DNA of 64,000 nucleotides from a virus: the IMG/VR virus record IMGVR_UViG_3300029891_000001, positions 47,439 through 111,438 of that record; one strand, written 5' to 3'. Below, piece after piece: positions 42,431 through 52,272 of the stretch. Numbering within the stretch: position 1 is the first letter of the stretch; the number at the start of each line of letters is the position of its first letter. Below the pieces are notes generated by a model. It made no database searches. It was given only the letters and a program-made list of their open reading frames with translations, and had not been told where the DNA came from. Made by a program: the position numbers and the translations under genes.

Positions 42431-43155
42431 AAATCATCCTTCTTTGTATTTCTAAAATAACTCGTATCGTTTAAAAAATAAATTACTTTCTTTCTTAATT
42501 CTTCTATTGGTTTTAAATATTCTTCATACCCATTCTCTGATCTTTTATCATAATACGCAAAATCAATAATCTTCATCACATAATTAGGATGACACTTATT
42601 TATAAAAGAAATAATAGCCTCATCTTTCCAATTGGGCTGTCTTTGATAATCTAAGGGTAGCATATGAAATTTAATTATAATAGAAATTTCTTCAGCATTT
42701 TGAATATTAAATCTATCTAAAATTCTATTAGACTTAATATAACTAAATTGAGAATGCTGTAAAAAATTCTTATATAGCATATAAGTATCATATTTTCCAA
42801 TATCGTGTAACAATGCTGCCCACCTTAAAACAATATCATCATATGGAACTTCTTTCAAAACATTAAGAGTATGGATAAATACGTTGTCTGATCTAGATTT
42901 ATTTTGTGGTACATTTTTTAATATACCAATTTCTGGTAAAAATATATCTAATATTTTCAAATTATCAAAAACATTTAATATTTTATTAGCATTGGGGTCT
43001 TTCAAAATATAATTGAAAAGACCCCCAATAGCATATCCGTCATAAGAAGAACAAGACTCATAAACCTTCCCAACTATATGATATGGAATTTCTTTATCTC
43101 TATTAATATAATCAATTATATCAAAAAAAATATTATCAATATATCTTTCGCTCAT
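42427..43155 (-). CDS. Stand-alone HD-domain phosphohydrolase (like the C-terminal part of CCA-adding enzymes)
   Basis: FLPEI...VPQ...VFIHTL...LRWAALLHDIGK...H...FHM. Confidence 0.75.
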   Translation of the reverse strand: MSERYIDNIFFDIIDYINRDKEIPYHIVGKVYESCSSYDGYAIGGLFNYILKDPNANKILNVFDNLKILDIFLPEIGILKNVPQNKSRSDNVFIHTLNVLKEVPYDDIVLRWAALLHDIGKYDTYMLYKNFLQHSQFSYIKSNRILDRFNIQNAEEISIIIKFHMLPLDYQRQPNWKDEAIISFINKCHPNYVMKIIDFAYYDKRSENGYEEYLKPIEELRKKVIYFLNDTSYFRNTKKDDL

Positions 43156-43616
43156 TATTGCAACCTATCTAATTCTGTTTTATCCCAAGACAACATACTT
43201 CTACCCAGATCTAAAAGGGCCATCATCTCTCTAATCTTGAATTTCCCTCTATTGTCTAGATATTTATATTTAGCTACTCTTTTTTGTTCTTTAATAATAT
43301 TTGTTTTTTCTCCTTCGTATTCTATCATAATATCTCTAACTTTTATCTTTTTTTGTGAAACACTCATAGATTTAAGTGATTCTGCTCTTTCTAATTCTGC
43401 CCACGCTAAAGATTCTACTGCTTCTTTTCTGGCTTCTGCTTCGTCTAATAAATAAGAAGAATAGGCTGCCATATTATTTAATCTTCCATATAAATTATAG
43501 GCTTTTGCTAAATCATCACGAATGGCATGACCAGCACTCTGTAAATCAATATTTAATGGAAACTCTTTATCGAAAATAGTAACTGGCAAATTATCAAGCT
43601 TTTCATCAAATGACAT
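43155..43616 (-). CDS. Helical protein, possibly UvsY-like recombination mediator
   Basis: Start MSFDEK with AGGAGG RBS; size and coiled-coil pattern only. Confidence 0.3.
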   Translation of the reverse strand: MSFDEKLDNLPVTIFDKEFPLNIDLQSAGHAIRDDLAKAYNLYGRLNNMAAYSSYLLDEAEARKEAVESLAWAELERAESLKSMSVSQKKIKVRDIMIEYEGEKTNIIKEQKRVAKYKYLDNRGKFKIREMMALLDLGRSMLSWDKTELDRLQ

Positions 43617-43624
43617 CTTTCCTC

Positions 43625-45751
43625 CTAACACTTAGAAAATCCGCAAATACACTTCAAACATCCCTCTTGTCTTAAAAGGGGTTTGCCACAAGAGGGGCAT
43701 AAAGAATTTAACCCGTTATTTTCATCTTGTGGTTTATTCTTAATTAATCTAAATAATTCTTTACCGATTAAATCTGGGATAGATTTATATGTAATTTGCC
43801 TATGACCATCAAAAGTAGTATTTTCTGTAGTCTCTATCCCTATAAGTGCTTGTGCTAATGATTTTGCTGAAACTTTGTATTTCAAACCGATTGATATAAG
43901 TCTTCCTATTGATTCTAAAAATGATTGTGTAACAGAACCAGTTTTACCTAAATTCAAAATAACTTCAATAGGATCTTCATCTTCTTCTTTGTTTTTATTC
44001 ACTGTAAAATATAAATTGCCTAATGGTGTTTTATATTTTTCTGTTGTCCCAATAGTAGTTCTAGTTCTATATCTCATTTTAGAATCGTCTTTTTTAGAGG
44101 ATAAAACTTGATTTGGCCTAGATCCATCTCTATATACAGTAATTCCCTTACATCCAAGATCATAAGCTAAAAGATAAGCTTTTCTAACATCTGCTTTTGT
44201 CACATCCTTAGACATATTAATAGTTTTAGAAACTCCGCCATCTACATATTTTTGGAAAGAAGATTGCATATAAACATGATCTTCTGGAGATACATCAAAT
44301 GAAGTTTTACATATTTCTTTTATCTCTTTTGGAATTTCTTCTATATCTTTTAAACTGTTGCTATTTAATAATTTATTTTTTAATTTCTCGTCTAACCCTA
44401 TATCATAATTTTCTAATAATTTCAAAAAATATTTATTAATAACTTCTAATTTAATATTGTTCATGCACAATCTTTCATATGCTATAGAAAAAAGAGGTTC
44501 ACACCCAGAAGAAGCATTTGCTATAATAGAGATAGTCCCAGTAGGGGCGATAATAGTAGTCCACAGATTCCTTCTATCAATCCCAATTTCTTTACATGCT
44601 TCGCAAATACCCTTTTCTTCACCCAAATTTTTACTTTCATCTTTACTTGTATTGTTGATAAATTCCATTATATTTTCAGCTATTTTTCTAGCTTTTTTAG
44701 AATCATAAGCTATTCCCATTAATATCAACAAATCTGCGAAACCCATAACCCCTAATCCAATTTTTCTAGTTTTTAAAGATGCTTCTTTTATTTCTGGAAT
44801 TGGGTAAAAATTCTTATTTATAATAGAATCTAATAATCTTATAGATAATCTAATGTCTTTTTCAAATATTTCATAGTTTATATTATTACTTTCTTTTTCA
44901 TAATATTTAGCTAAATTTAAAGAACCCAAATTACAAGATTCATAATATAATAATGGTGATTCACCACATGGATTAACAGCATAAACAGTCCCATATTGGT
45001 TAGATTTATTCACTGTATCTACAAAAAATAGTCCAGGTTCTCCTGTAGAATGTGCATTTTCAATAATCTTTTCAAATAATTCTACAGCAGAAACAGATTT
45101 AACAACTTTTTTAGAATGAGGATCTATCAAGTCTATTTGTTTGTCTTTCTTAACTGCTGTCATAAATTCATCTGTAATAGAAACAGAAATATTAAAATTA
45201 TTAATAAGATTAATATCATTCTTACATTTAATAAAATCTTCTATATCGGGGTGATTACAAGCCAACAACCCCATATTCGCACCACGTCTAGTCCCACCTT
45301 GTTTAATTTGTTCTGTAATATCATTACCCATTTTCATAAAAGAAATTGGACCAGAAGCAACTCCACTAGTAGATCCGACTACAGAATTAGCACTTCTTAG
45401 ATTAGAAAAAGAATACCCAGTTCCCCCTCCAGCTTTATTAACTAACGCCCCATAAGCGAATGCTCTCATTATGTCTGATAAATTATCGTTTATCGGAAGA
45501 ACAAAACAGGCGGACATCATGGCTTCTTTTTTTCCTGCATTCATTAAAGCAGGACTATTGGGTAAAAATCTCAAATTATACATTATATCATAATAAGAAT
45601 CGGCCCATTTCTCAATATTCTCTTTTTCATCAGAAGCTATATAATTTGCTACTCTTCTACATAGCCCACTCCAATCTTCTACTATTTTACCTTCATTGTC
45701 TTTCCAAAAATATCTTTTATTTAAAATCTCAATAGCATTATCTTCAATCAT
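43625..45751 (-). CDS. nrdJ: Class II (adenosylcobalamin-dependent) ribonucleotide reductase
   Basis: FLPNSPALMNAG, SACFV, QGGTRRGANM, NPCGE, ESCNLGS, IAPTGT, VSKTIN and KGITVYRDGSR motifs; C-terminal TSCPD-like domain and Zn ribbon. Confidence 0.95.
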   Translation of the reverse strand: MIEDNAIEILNKRYFWKDNEGKIVEDWSGLCRRVANYIASDEKENIEKWADSYYDIMYNLRFLPNSPALMNAGKKEAMMSACFVLPINDNLSDIMRAFAYGALVNKAGGGTGYSFSNLRSANSVVGSTSGVASGPISFMKMGNDITEQIKQGGTRRGANMGLLACNHPDIEDFIKCKNDINLINNFNISVSITDEFMTAVKKDKQIDLIDPHSKKVVKSVSAVELFEKIIENAHSTGEPGLFFVDTVNKSNQYGTVYAVNPCGESPLLYYESCNLGSLNLAKYYEKESNNINYEIFEKDIRLSIRLLDSIINKNFYPIPEIKEASLKTRKIGLGVMGFADLLILMGIAYDSKKARKIAENIMEFINNTSKDESKNLGEEKGICEACKEIGIDRRNLWTTIIAPTGTISIIANASSGCEPLFSIAYERLCMNNIKLEVINKYFLKLLENYDIGLDEKLKNKLLNSNSLKDIEEIPKEIKEICKTSFDVSPEDHVYMQSSFQKYVDGGVSKTINMSKDVTKADVRKAYLLAYDLGCKGITVYRDGSRPNQVLSSKKDDSKMRYRTRTTIGTTEKYKTPLGNLYFTVNKNKEEDEDPIEVILNLGKTGSVTQSFLESIGRLISIGLKYKVSAKSLAQALIGIETTENTTFDGHRQITYKSIPDLIGKELFRLIKNKPQDENNGLNSLCPSCGKPLLRQEGCLKCICGFSKC

Positions 45752-46469
45752 TTGATTCCCTCTTGTGTCTATTTAAACTAACATCGAATCTAACTCCTTC
45801 TGCTCTCCATTCCTTGTCTGGCTCTATAATAAGATATCCTTCTGTTGCTTTAGGTAAACTTATAACATTTTTACCAGGCATAGGGGCTAAACCCCACCAA
45901 TCATTAATCCCTATCAAACAATATAAACATTGAGTTTTTATAAACATATTCAAAGTTTCTTCAGAAAATTCAATTTTCTTTTTAGTAACTCCACCTATCA
46001 AATCATAAACTAAAAGAATATCAATAATTTTGTCTGTTAAAGAATTTACTTCTTTTTCGTTAAAATGCTTCTTTTGATATCCAATAAGATTTTCTTTCTT
46101 ATAATATAAAGGAGAATAAGTTCCTCCATATCCACCTATAGCTATGTTATTATATTTAACAACAGTGCCATCTTCAATAATTCTAAAATTATGAATATTA
46201 ATATCTCTTTCTATAAGTTTCTTTACTAAATAAAAATCATCATATATCCCTCTTATAGAAAATACTGGTTTGATAAATAATTGCTTGCCTTCTAAGTATT
46301 CGTAAAAATTGTTTTTCTCATTAAAAGATTTTGGCAAATACTTATTTTTATTCCTCCCACAAATACTTATATTCCCACAAATTAAAGCAAAATCAGCTTT
46401 AGACCTGTATAAATATTCATTAATTAAATGAACATTTCCATATATGTTACCAAGACAGATTATTCTCAT
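45744..46469 (-). CDS. Calcineurin-like (Dbr1-like) metallophosphoesterase fold, metal ligands degenerate
   Basis: GNIYG, ICGN, IRGIYD, IGGYGG, DILLVYD and LIGIND occupy the positions of GDxHG, GD, GNHE, GxGG, DILLTHD and GH motifs. Confidence 0.6.
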   Translation of the reverse strand: MRIICLGNIYGNVHLINEYLYRSKADFALICGNISICGRNKNKYLPKSFNEKNNFYEYLEGKQLFIKPVFSIRGIYDDFYLVKKLIERDINIHNFRIIEDGTVVKYNNIAIGGYGGTYSPLYYKKENLIGYQKKHFNEKEVNSLTDKIIDILLVYDLIGGVTKKKIEFSEETLNMFIKTQCLYCLIGINDWWGLAPMPGKNVISLPKATEGYLIIEPDKEWRAEGVRFDVSLNRHKRESND

Positions 46470-47434
46470 AACAACTCGCTTAATGTTTCTTTTATTTCCT
46501 TCATTTGTTTGTCTAAAGAAAAATTATTTTCAACATATTTTCTGTGGTATTTTCTAATATTCCCAATATTTTCAGATGATTCAATTTTTTTAATAAAATC
46601 TATTAAATCATTACTTCTATAAAATATATTTTCTGTTGGGTATAACAACTCACTTCCTATCCATCCATGAACTAAAGGAATAACACCCAAAGCCATGCCT
46701 TCCATTAAAGAATAATGAAAAGATTCAAATAAAGAAGTTGACATTATATAGTCTTTATCTGACAAGTATTCTGGGACATTTTTCTGCCATCCATCAAATA
46801 TAACTTTAAATGGCAAATGAGGGATTATAGTATTCATATATAACCCAATTCTTTCATCTTGAAATTGGCCTGCAATATGAAATGTAAAATTATGATCATA
46901 ATTCCATATTTCATTGCAAAAATGTAAAAACAATTCTGGTGCTTTCTTATAATTTAAATACCCCAAATAACAAATCTTTTTATTATACTTCTTATTTTCA
47001 TTAAAATCAAACTTTTCTAAATTAATACCATTATTAATAACTTTAAATATATCTTTTCTAATATGAAATTTTTGATCAAGTAAATTCTTCATTGTTTCAC
47101 TAACTACAATAAGTTTATCAACTTTATTCCAATCTACTTGTGATGGCATAGGGGTAAACATTTCATAGCTATGCAATCTAACAATATGCTTACATTGTTT
47201 GGGACTTGATAAAGCTTTTATAACTAATTCATTACACCATTCAAACCAAGCAATATCACTATCATAATATAGTTGATAAAATTCTTGTGTACCAGATCCA
47301 TCGCTATAAAATTCTCTCTCTCTGTCTTTAACATTAAAATATTTTATATCATAATCATTTCTTAAATTGATTATAATATCTTTTAAAAATGAATCTTCTC
47401 CATGTAGAAAAAATGTAAGTCTAGGCTTCTTCAT
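46466..47434 (-). CDS. Glycosyltransferase, GT-B (GT4-like)
   Basis: WFEWC, VRLHSYE, INNGI and STSLFESFHYSLMEGMALG (EX7E) motifs. Confidence 0.88.
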   Translation of the reverse strand: MKKPRLTFFLHGEDSFLKDIIINLRNDYDIKYFNVKDREREFYSDGSGTQEFYQLYYDSDIAWFEWCNELVIKALSSPKQCKHIVRLHSYEMFTPMPSQVDWNKVDKLIVVSETMKNLLDQKFHIRKDIFKVINNGINLEKFDFNENKKYNKKICYLGYLNYKKAPELFLHFCNEIWNYDHNFTFHIAGQFQDERIGLYMNTIIPHLPFKVIFDGWQKNVPEYLSDKDYIMSTSLFESFHYSLMEGMALGVIPLVHGWIGSELLYPTENIFYRSNDLIDFIKKIESSENIGNIRKYHRKYVENNFSLDKQMKEIKETLSELL

Positions 47435-47453
47435 ATAAATACCTTTCTTATTT

Positions 47454-48593
47454 TTATTTTGTAACTTCAGTATCTACGAAAGATTTTAAAGTTTCAATAA
47501 TATAATTCATATGTTCTTTGTCTAAATTTTGATGACATCCAATTATAAATCCATTATCATTAACATATTCTGAATTTTTATAACTCATAGAAAGTATTCC
47601 CATGTGTTTTACTGGTTCTTGATTAGTTAAAGACATTAAAACTCTAGAATCAATTTCTTTCTCGTATAAATATTGTAATAATTTTTCTCTATCTATATGT
47701 TTTTTGCATAATATCGGAAAAAACTGAAAAACACATTCATCCCAATAATCCCAAGATGGAAAAGTAAAATTATCTTGCAACATTTTATTTTCATAATAAC
47801 TATTTATTAATAATCCTGCATTCATTTTTCTTTTGGCGATAATGTTATCAATTCTTTTGCTCTGAGAAAGACCTAATGCTGCAGACAAATTATCTGAACG
47901 ATAAGAAGCCCCAACTTTATCAAACTTAAAACGATCTTCCCAACCATCTTCGCAATTAATAAAATCACCACCTAACTTTCTACCATGTGAAATAAAACTC
48001 TCTATAAAATCTATATATTCAGAATTCTCATGACAAATCATACCACCAGAACCAGTAGTAATAATACGTGAAACATAAAAACTTAAACAAATAATATTTC
48101 CATAATTACAAGATTCATTGCCAACAGCCTCACATGCATCTTCAATAATAAAAAATCTATCCATTATGGGTTGTGGTATATTGGCTTTTTTCCCACATAA
48201 ATCTACAGATAATATTACATCTATTTCCCAATATTTAGAAAGTTCTACATCTTTTTCAGTAAACTTTATATTATAATCTTCTCCAATATCATGAAAAACT
48301 GGAATACATCCAGTTCTAATTATCGCCCATAAAGTAGCAGCATAAGTATTAGCCGGTAACATAACTCTTAACGAAGGTTTTTGTAATTTTAATTTAGCTA
48401 CTTCTAATGCAACCTCTAAAGCAGATTGCCCAGAATTTACCATACGCCCAAAACTTTTACCATGTTTACTACTCATAAATTCTTCAAAATAATTCATTTC
48501 TGAACCAACAGATAAATATCCAGACCTAATTGCATTGCCCACATATCTAATATCTTCTTCGTCCCAATCAAAAGTCCCTATCGTTATTTTCAT
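47454..48593 (-). CDS. DegT/DnrJ/EryC1 family PLP enzyme (RfbH/ColD-like branch)
   Basis: VNSGQSAL, IEDACEA, SFYVSRIITTGSGGM, SHGR and AALGLSQ motifs. Confidence 0.85.
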   Translation of the reverse strand: MKITIGTFDWDEEDIRYVGNAIRSGYLSVGSEMNYFEEFMSSKHGKSFGRMVNSGQSALEVALEVAKLKLQKPSLRVMLPANTYAATLWAIIRTGCIPVFHDIGEDYNIKFTEKDVELSKYWEIDVILSVDLCGKKANIPQPIMDRFFIIEDACEAVGNESCNYGNIICLSFYVSRIITTGSGGMICHENSEYIDFIESFISHGRKLGGDFINCEDGWEDRFKFDKVGASYRSDNLSAALGLSQSKRIDNIIAKRKMNAGLLINSYYENKMLQDNFTFPSWDYWDECVFQFFPILCKKHIDREKLLQYLYEKEIDSRVLMSLTNQEPVKHMGILSMSYKNSEYVNDNGFIIGCHQNLDKEHMNYIIETLKSFVDTEVTK

Positions 48594-49597
48594 TAATATC
48601 TCCCAAATATATTTTCATACATATAATATATTCTATTTGCATATTCATAAGAAGTAATATTGTTTTTATAAAAATTTTTGATACAATTTAAAGACATATC
48701 TTCATAAATTTTTGGATTATTATATAAAAACTCTATAGCTTCCGATAAAGAAATTATATCCCGTCGTGGTGTCATAATTCCAATTATTGGCTCTACAATA
48801 AAAGGATCTTCCCACCCGACAATTGGTATCCCCATTCCTATGCTCTCAAAAAACACATAATTAAATTCTCCAATAGAAGGATTTAAAGATATATCATAAG
48901 ATTTTATTTCATCAAATTTATTTTCTACAAATGAATTAATCTCTAAATAGTCTTTTATTTCAAAACTTTTTAATTTTTCATAATATCCTTCTGTAAATGG
49001 TAATCCAGAGATAGAAAATAGAATATTGTCTTTTATAGAACTATTTTTTTTCATATAATAAGCTGTTTCAACTATAATATGCGCTAATTTTGAGGCCTCA
49101 TATCTTGCTACTCTTCCAATTTTCATCTTCTTATTTGGCCATAATGCTTTTTTGGGTTCGCCGACAGAAAAATCACATGGAGGAGATAATAACAAAACAT
49201 CTCTATCTTTATGGTCTCTATATAAACATTTAGACAATACTACTGTTCTACTAATAATTTCTTTTGGAATAGCAGAAATTCTTGGACAATAAATAGTCTC
49301 AACAATGGGAATATTACAATTATGAACTTCTTTAACCCAGTCTGGAAAATCTCCACCTCCAGTCTGTTTATGAACGATATTAATATTAAAATCTTTTATT
49401 ATGTCTTTTATATTAGAATAATTTTCATCTGTAATAATACTAATAGAATATTTTTCAAATTCTTTTTTAATATCAGTATCTAACCAACAATAGCCTGCAA
49501 CATAATGTTTTGCTAGCGGCATATACTTTATTGTCTTCAAAACAATATCAGAAATTCCTCCTAAAGCCCACCCATTTATAATATGTAATATGTTCAT
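48593..49597 (-). CDS. Glycosyltransferase, GT-B (GT4-like)
   Basis: ILHIING.ALGG, IGRVAR..K and PSIGEFNYVFFESIGMGIP motifs. Confidence 0.8.
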   Translation of the reverse strand: MNILHIINGWALGGISDIVLKTIKYMPLAKHYVAGYCWLDTDIKKEFEKYSISIITDENYSNIKDIIKDFNINIVHKQTGGGDFPDWVKEVHNCNIPIVETIYCPRISAIPKEIISRTVVLSKCLYRDHKDRDVLLLSPPCDFSVGEPKKALWPNKKMKIGRVARYEASKLAHIIVETAYYMKKNSSIKDNILFSISGLPFTEGYYEKLKSFEIKDYLEINSFVENKFDEIKSYDISLNPSIGEFNYVFFESIGMGIPIVGWEDPFIVEPIIGIMTPRRDIISLSEAIEFLYNNPKIYEDMSLNCIKNFYKNNITSYEYANRIYYMYENIFGRY

Positions 49598-49608
49598 ATT
49601 CTTCCTTA

Positions 49609-50169
49609 TTATGTTTCTACTTTCATTGTCGTATTATCTGGAATATTTTTATAAATTGGTTTATTGGTCGCAATAATACAATCATGACCTATTTTAATTT
49701 TTGGATATACTATAGTACCAGCACCTATTAAGGTGTTGTCTCCAATAGATACATTACCACATAATATAGAACCAGGAGCTATATGACAATAATCCCCTAT
49801 TATACAATCATGATCAATTTGAGCACCAGTATTAATAATACATCCCTTTCCTATAATTACATTATTCATTAAAATAACTTTGCACAAAATTTGAGATCCA
49901 CTACCAATATTTTTACTAAAATTAATAATATCTGGACCATATAAAATCGGCCACATACATAATTCATTATAATATTCTTGTAGTCTTTTTCTTATAAAAT
50001 TATTGCCAATTCCATGATATAAATTATGTTCAGAAATTTTTATATAATCAAAAGCTTTTTCATTAATTAAATTAAAAATTTCTTCAATAGGAATATGACA
50101 GAAATTATATAAAAGATTTTTAACAACTCCTGCATGTCCACCATTACCGAATATAATTATTTTAGACAT
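49609..50169 (-). CDS. Hexapeptide-repeat sugar N-acetyltransferase (PglD/PerB/NeuD family)
   Basis: IFGNGGHA, GIGNN..R and INTGAQIDHDC motifs with hexapeptide repeats. Confidence 0.9.
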   Translation of the reverse strand: MSKIIIFGNGGHAGVVKNLLYNFCHIPIEEIFNLINEKAFDYIKISEHNLYHGIGNNFIRKRLQEYYNELCMWPILYGPDIINFSKNIGSGSQILCKVILMNNVIIGKGCIINTGAQIDHDCIIGDYCHIAPGSILCGNVSIGDNTLIGAGTIVYPKIKIGHDCIIATNKPIYKNIPDNTTMKVET

Positions 50170-50177
50170 ATATACCT

Positions 50178-51257
50178 TTAAAAATTATTAATAGTATTTA
50201 TAATATACTCTATTTCATCGTCTTTTATTTCCGGATAAGAAGGAATATTAATACCAATACTCGAAATTTTATTAGATATACTTTTTTCATTATAGTGTAA
50301 TTTATAAAAATCAAAAAATTCTATTGGTTTAAAAAATGGTCTAGTTTCAATGCCCATCTTATACAAATAATCCATCATTTTTTTCTGTTCATCTACCTTA
50401 ATGCAAAATAACCAATTTGTCCAATCTGTAGTATAATTATATTGATTGTCTTCAAATAAATATTTATCATTTATATTTAATTTATAATTATAATAAATAA
50501 TATTTTTTAATTTATTTATTTCTCTAAATTTTTCTAATTGAGATACTCCCAATGCTGCTTGTAAATTAGTCATTCTACAATTTGTACCAACACTCTTATG
50601 ATAATATTTTTCATGAAAAGATGCATCAATATATCCCCCTTGCCGGCTAATTTCCCAACACTTATTATACATTTCTTTATTGTCGGTTATTATCATCCCA
50701 CCTTCTCCAGTAGTAATCGTTTTATTCCCAAAAAAAGAAAAAATACCAATATCTCCAAAACTTCCCAAATGTTTTCTTTTAAACCAACATCCAAAAGCCT
50801 CACAAACATCTTCTATTAAAATAACTCCATTCTTTTTGCATAATAAAGAAATTCTTTCAATATCATCTATATTAGAATAATTATAAACAAAAACAACCAT
50901 ATCAACTTTATGTATATTTTTTTCTAATATATCAATATCCATATTCATTGTTTTTTCATTGATATCTATGGGAAATAAATTACAATTATTTAAAATAACA
51001 GCATTTGGAACAGCAACATAACATAAACTTGGAATAGCGACAGTATAGTTATCTTTACATAAAGATTTAATGGCAACTTGTAAAGCAACAGATCCATTAC
51101 TCATTGTTAAAGAATATTTAGAATTAACAAAACTAGAAAATTTTTCTTCAAATTCTTTTACAAATGGGCCATTAGCAGATATCCAACCAGAAGAAATAGC
51201 TTCATTGACTTTTATTATGTCTCCATTATCAATATATGGTTTATATAAAGGTATCAT
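50178..51257 (-). CDS. Perosamine synthetase-like DegT aminotransferase
   Basis: SGWISANG, SNGSVAL, IEDVCE, SFFGNKTITTGEGGM (PLP Lys intact), NCRMTNLQAALG and IETRPFF motifs. Confidence 0.9.
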   Translation of the reverse strand: MIPLYKPYIDNGDIIKVNEAISSGWISANGPFVKEFEEKFSSFVNSKYSLTMSNGSVALQVAIKSLCKDNYTVAIPSLCYVAVPNAVILNNCNLFPIDINEKTMNMDIDILEKNIHKVDMVVFVYNYSNIDDIERISLLCKKNGVILIEDVCEAFGCWFKRKHLGSFGDIGIFSFFGNKTITTGEGGMIITDNKEMYNKCWEISRQGGYIDASFHEKYYHKSVGTNCRMTNLQAALGVSQLEKFREINKLKNIIYYNYKLNINDKYLFEDNQYNYTTDWTNWLFCIKVDEQKKMMDYLYKMGIETRPFFKPIEFFDFYKLHYNEKSISNKISSIGINIPSYPEIKDDEIEYIINTINNF

Positions 51258-52272
51258 ATATTCTCTTTACAAAATTATAAATTTTATCAGCCCAAATATC
51301 ATAAGTATAATTTTTATTAAAATAATTAATTCTTTTTTCTTTATTTTTTTCTCTGTATTCTTTATCGTTAATTAATTTTTTTATTAAATTTACAAATGTC
51401 TCAAAATTACCATTAGCATATTCTATATATTCACCATAACAATTTCTATCTTCTTCATTACCTTCAAAAGATATACTATTTTTACCAATAGACATTCCTT
51501 GTCCTATACACAAAGGAAGAGCATATGAATAATGAGATGAAATTAAAAAAGAAGATCTTGAATATAGGTCAAATTTATCTCTTTCTGATAAATTATTAAT
51601 AACTTTATATTTAACATTACATTTTTTAGCTAAATCTGAATAATCAATAGTCCTTTCATTAATAGAAGAAACAATAATAAATTCTCCATCAAAATTAGCA
51701 GCCCCTAAAGCGCGAATAGTCAAATCTATTCTTTTGTCTAAATTTATTCTACCAGAATTAACAATAATATTTTCATCGGAATAATTATTTGTATCCATTG
51801 TAAAACATGGATATAAAAGATCTATATTCGGTTTTTGATTTAAAATATCTTTTAAATAATACCTAGAATTAACTCTATTGATAATATAAAAATCCAAAAA
51901 ACACAATAATTTTTTCCATACTTCCCAATCATTTTTTACATTTTCATTATAAGCTACATTGTTTATATCTATGCAATGATATGGATAATCTAAAATTTGA
52001 ACTCCAACCATAACTTCTGGGAACTTTTTCTTTATCAAATCTAGATAATACAAAGAACCATGATCAGTTCCTAAAACAATATCAAAATCAAATTTACTTT
52101 TTTTTGCTGGAATAAATTTAGGCCTATCTTTTTCAATATCAAAACCACAATCATATGGCAATTTTATTTTAGTATTATCATCTAATAATTCTATATCAAA
52201 AAAATTGCATAATACCTTTGCGAATAAAACTCCTTGAAGAATCGCTCCCGTATTAACTAATAAAAGCTTCAT
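51241..52272 (-). CDS. Glycosyltransferase, GT-B (divergent)
   Basis: NSGRINLDKRID motif and GT-B C-terminus; EX7E motif degenerate. Confidence 0.65.
   Translation of the reverse strand: MKLLLVNTGAILQGVLFAKVLCNFFDIELLDDNTKIKLPYDCGFDIEKDRPKFIPAKKSKFDFDIVLGTDHGSLYYLDLIKKKFPEVMVGVQILDYPYHCIDINNVAYNENVKNDWEVWKKLLCFLDFYIINRVNSRYYLKDILNQKPNIDLLYPCFTMDTNNYSDENIIVNSGRINLDKRIDLTIRALGAANFDGEFIIVSSINERTIDYSDLAKKCNVKYKVINNLSERDKFDLYSRSSFLISSHYSYALPLCIGQGMSIGKNSISFEGNEEDRNCYGEYIEYANGNFETFVNLIKKLINDKEYREKNKEKRINYFNKNYTYDIWADKIYNFVKRIYDTFI

Noticed and set aside
37065-45751. Inteins or introns in terminase or RNR
   Set aside because: Both have normal lengths, contiguous motifs and no splicing motifs.
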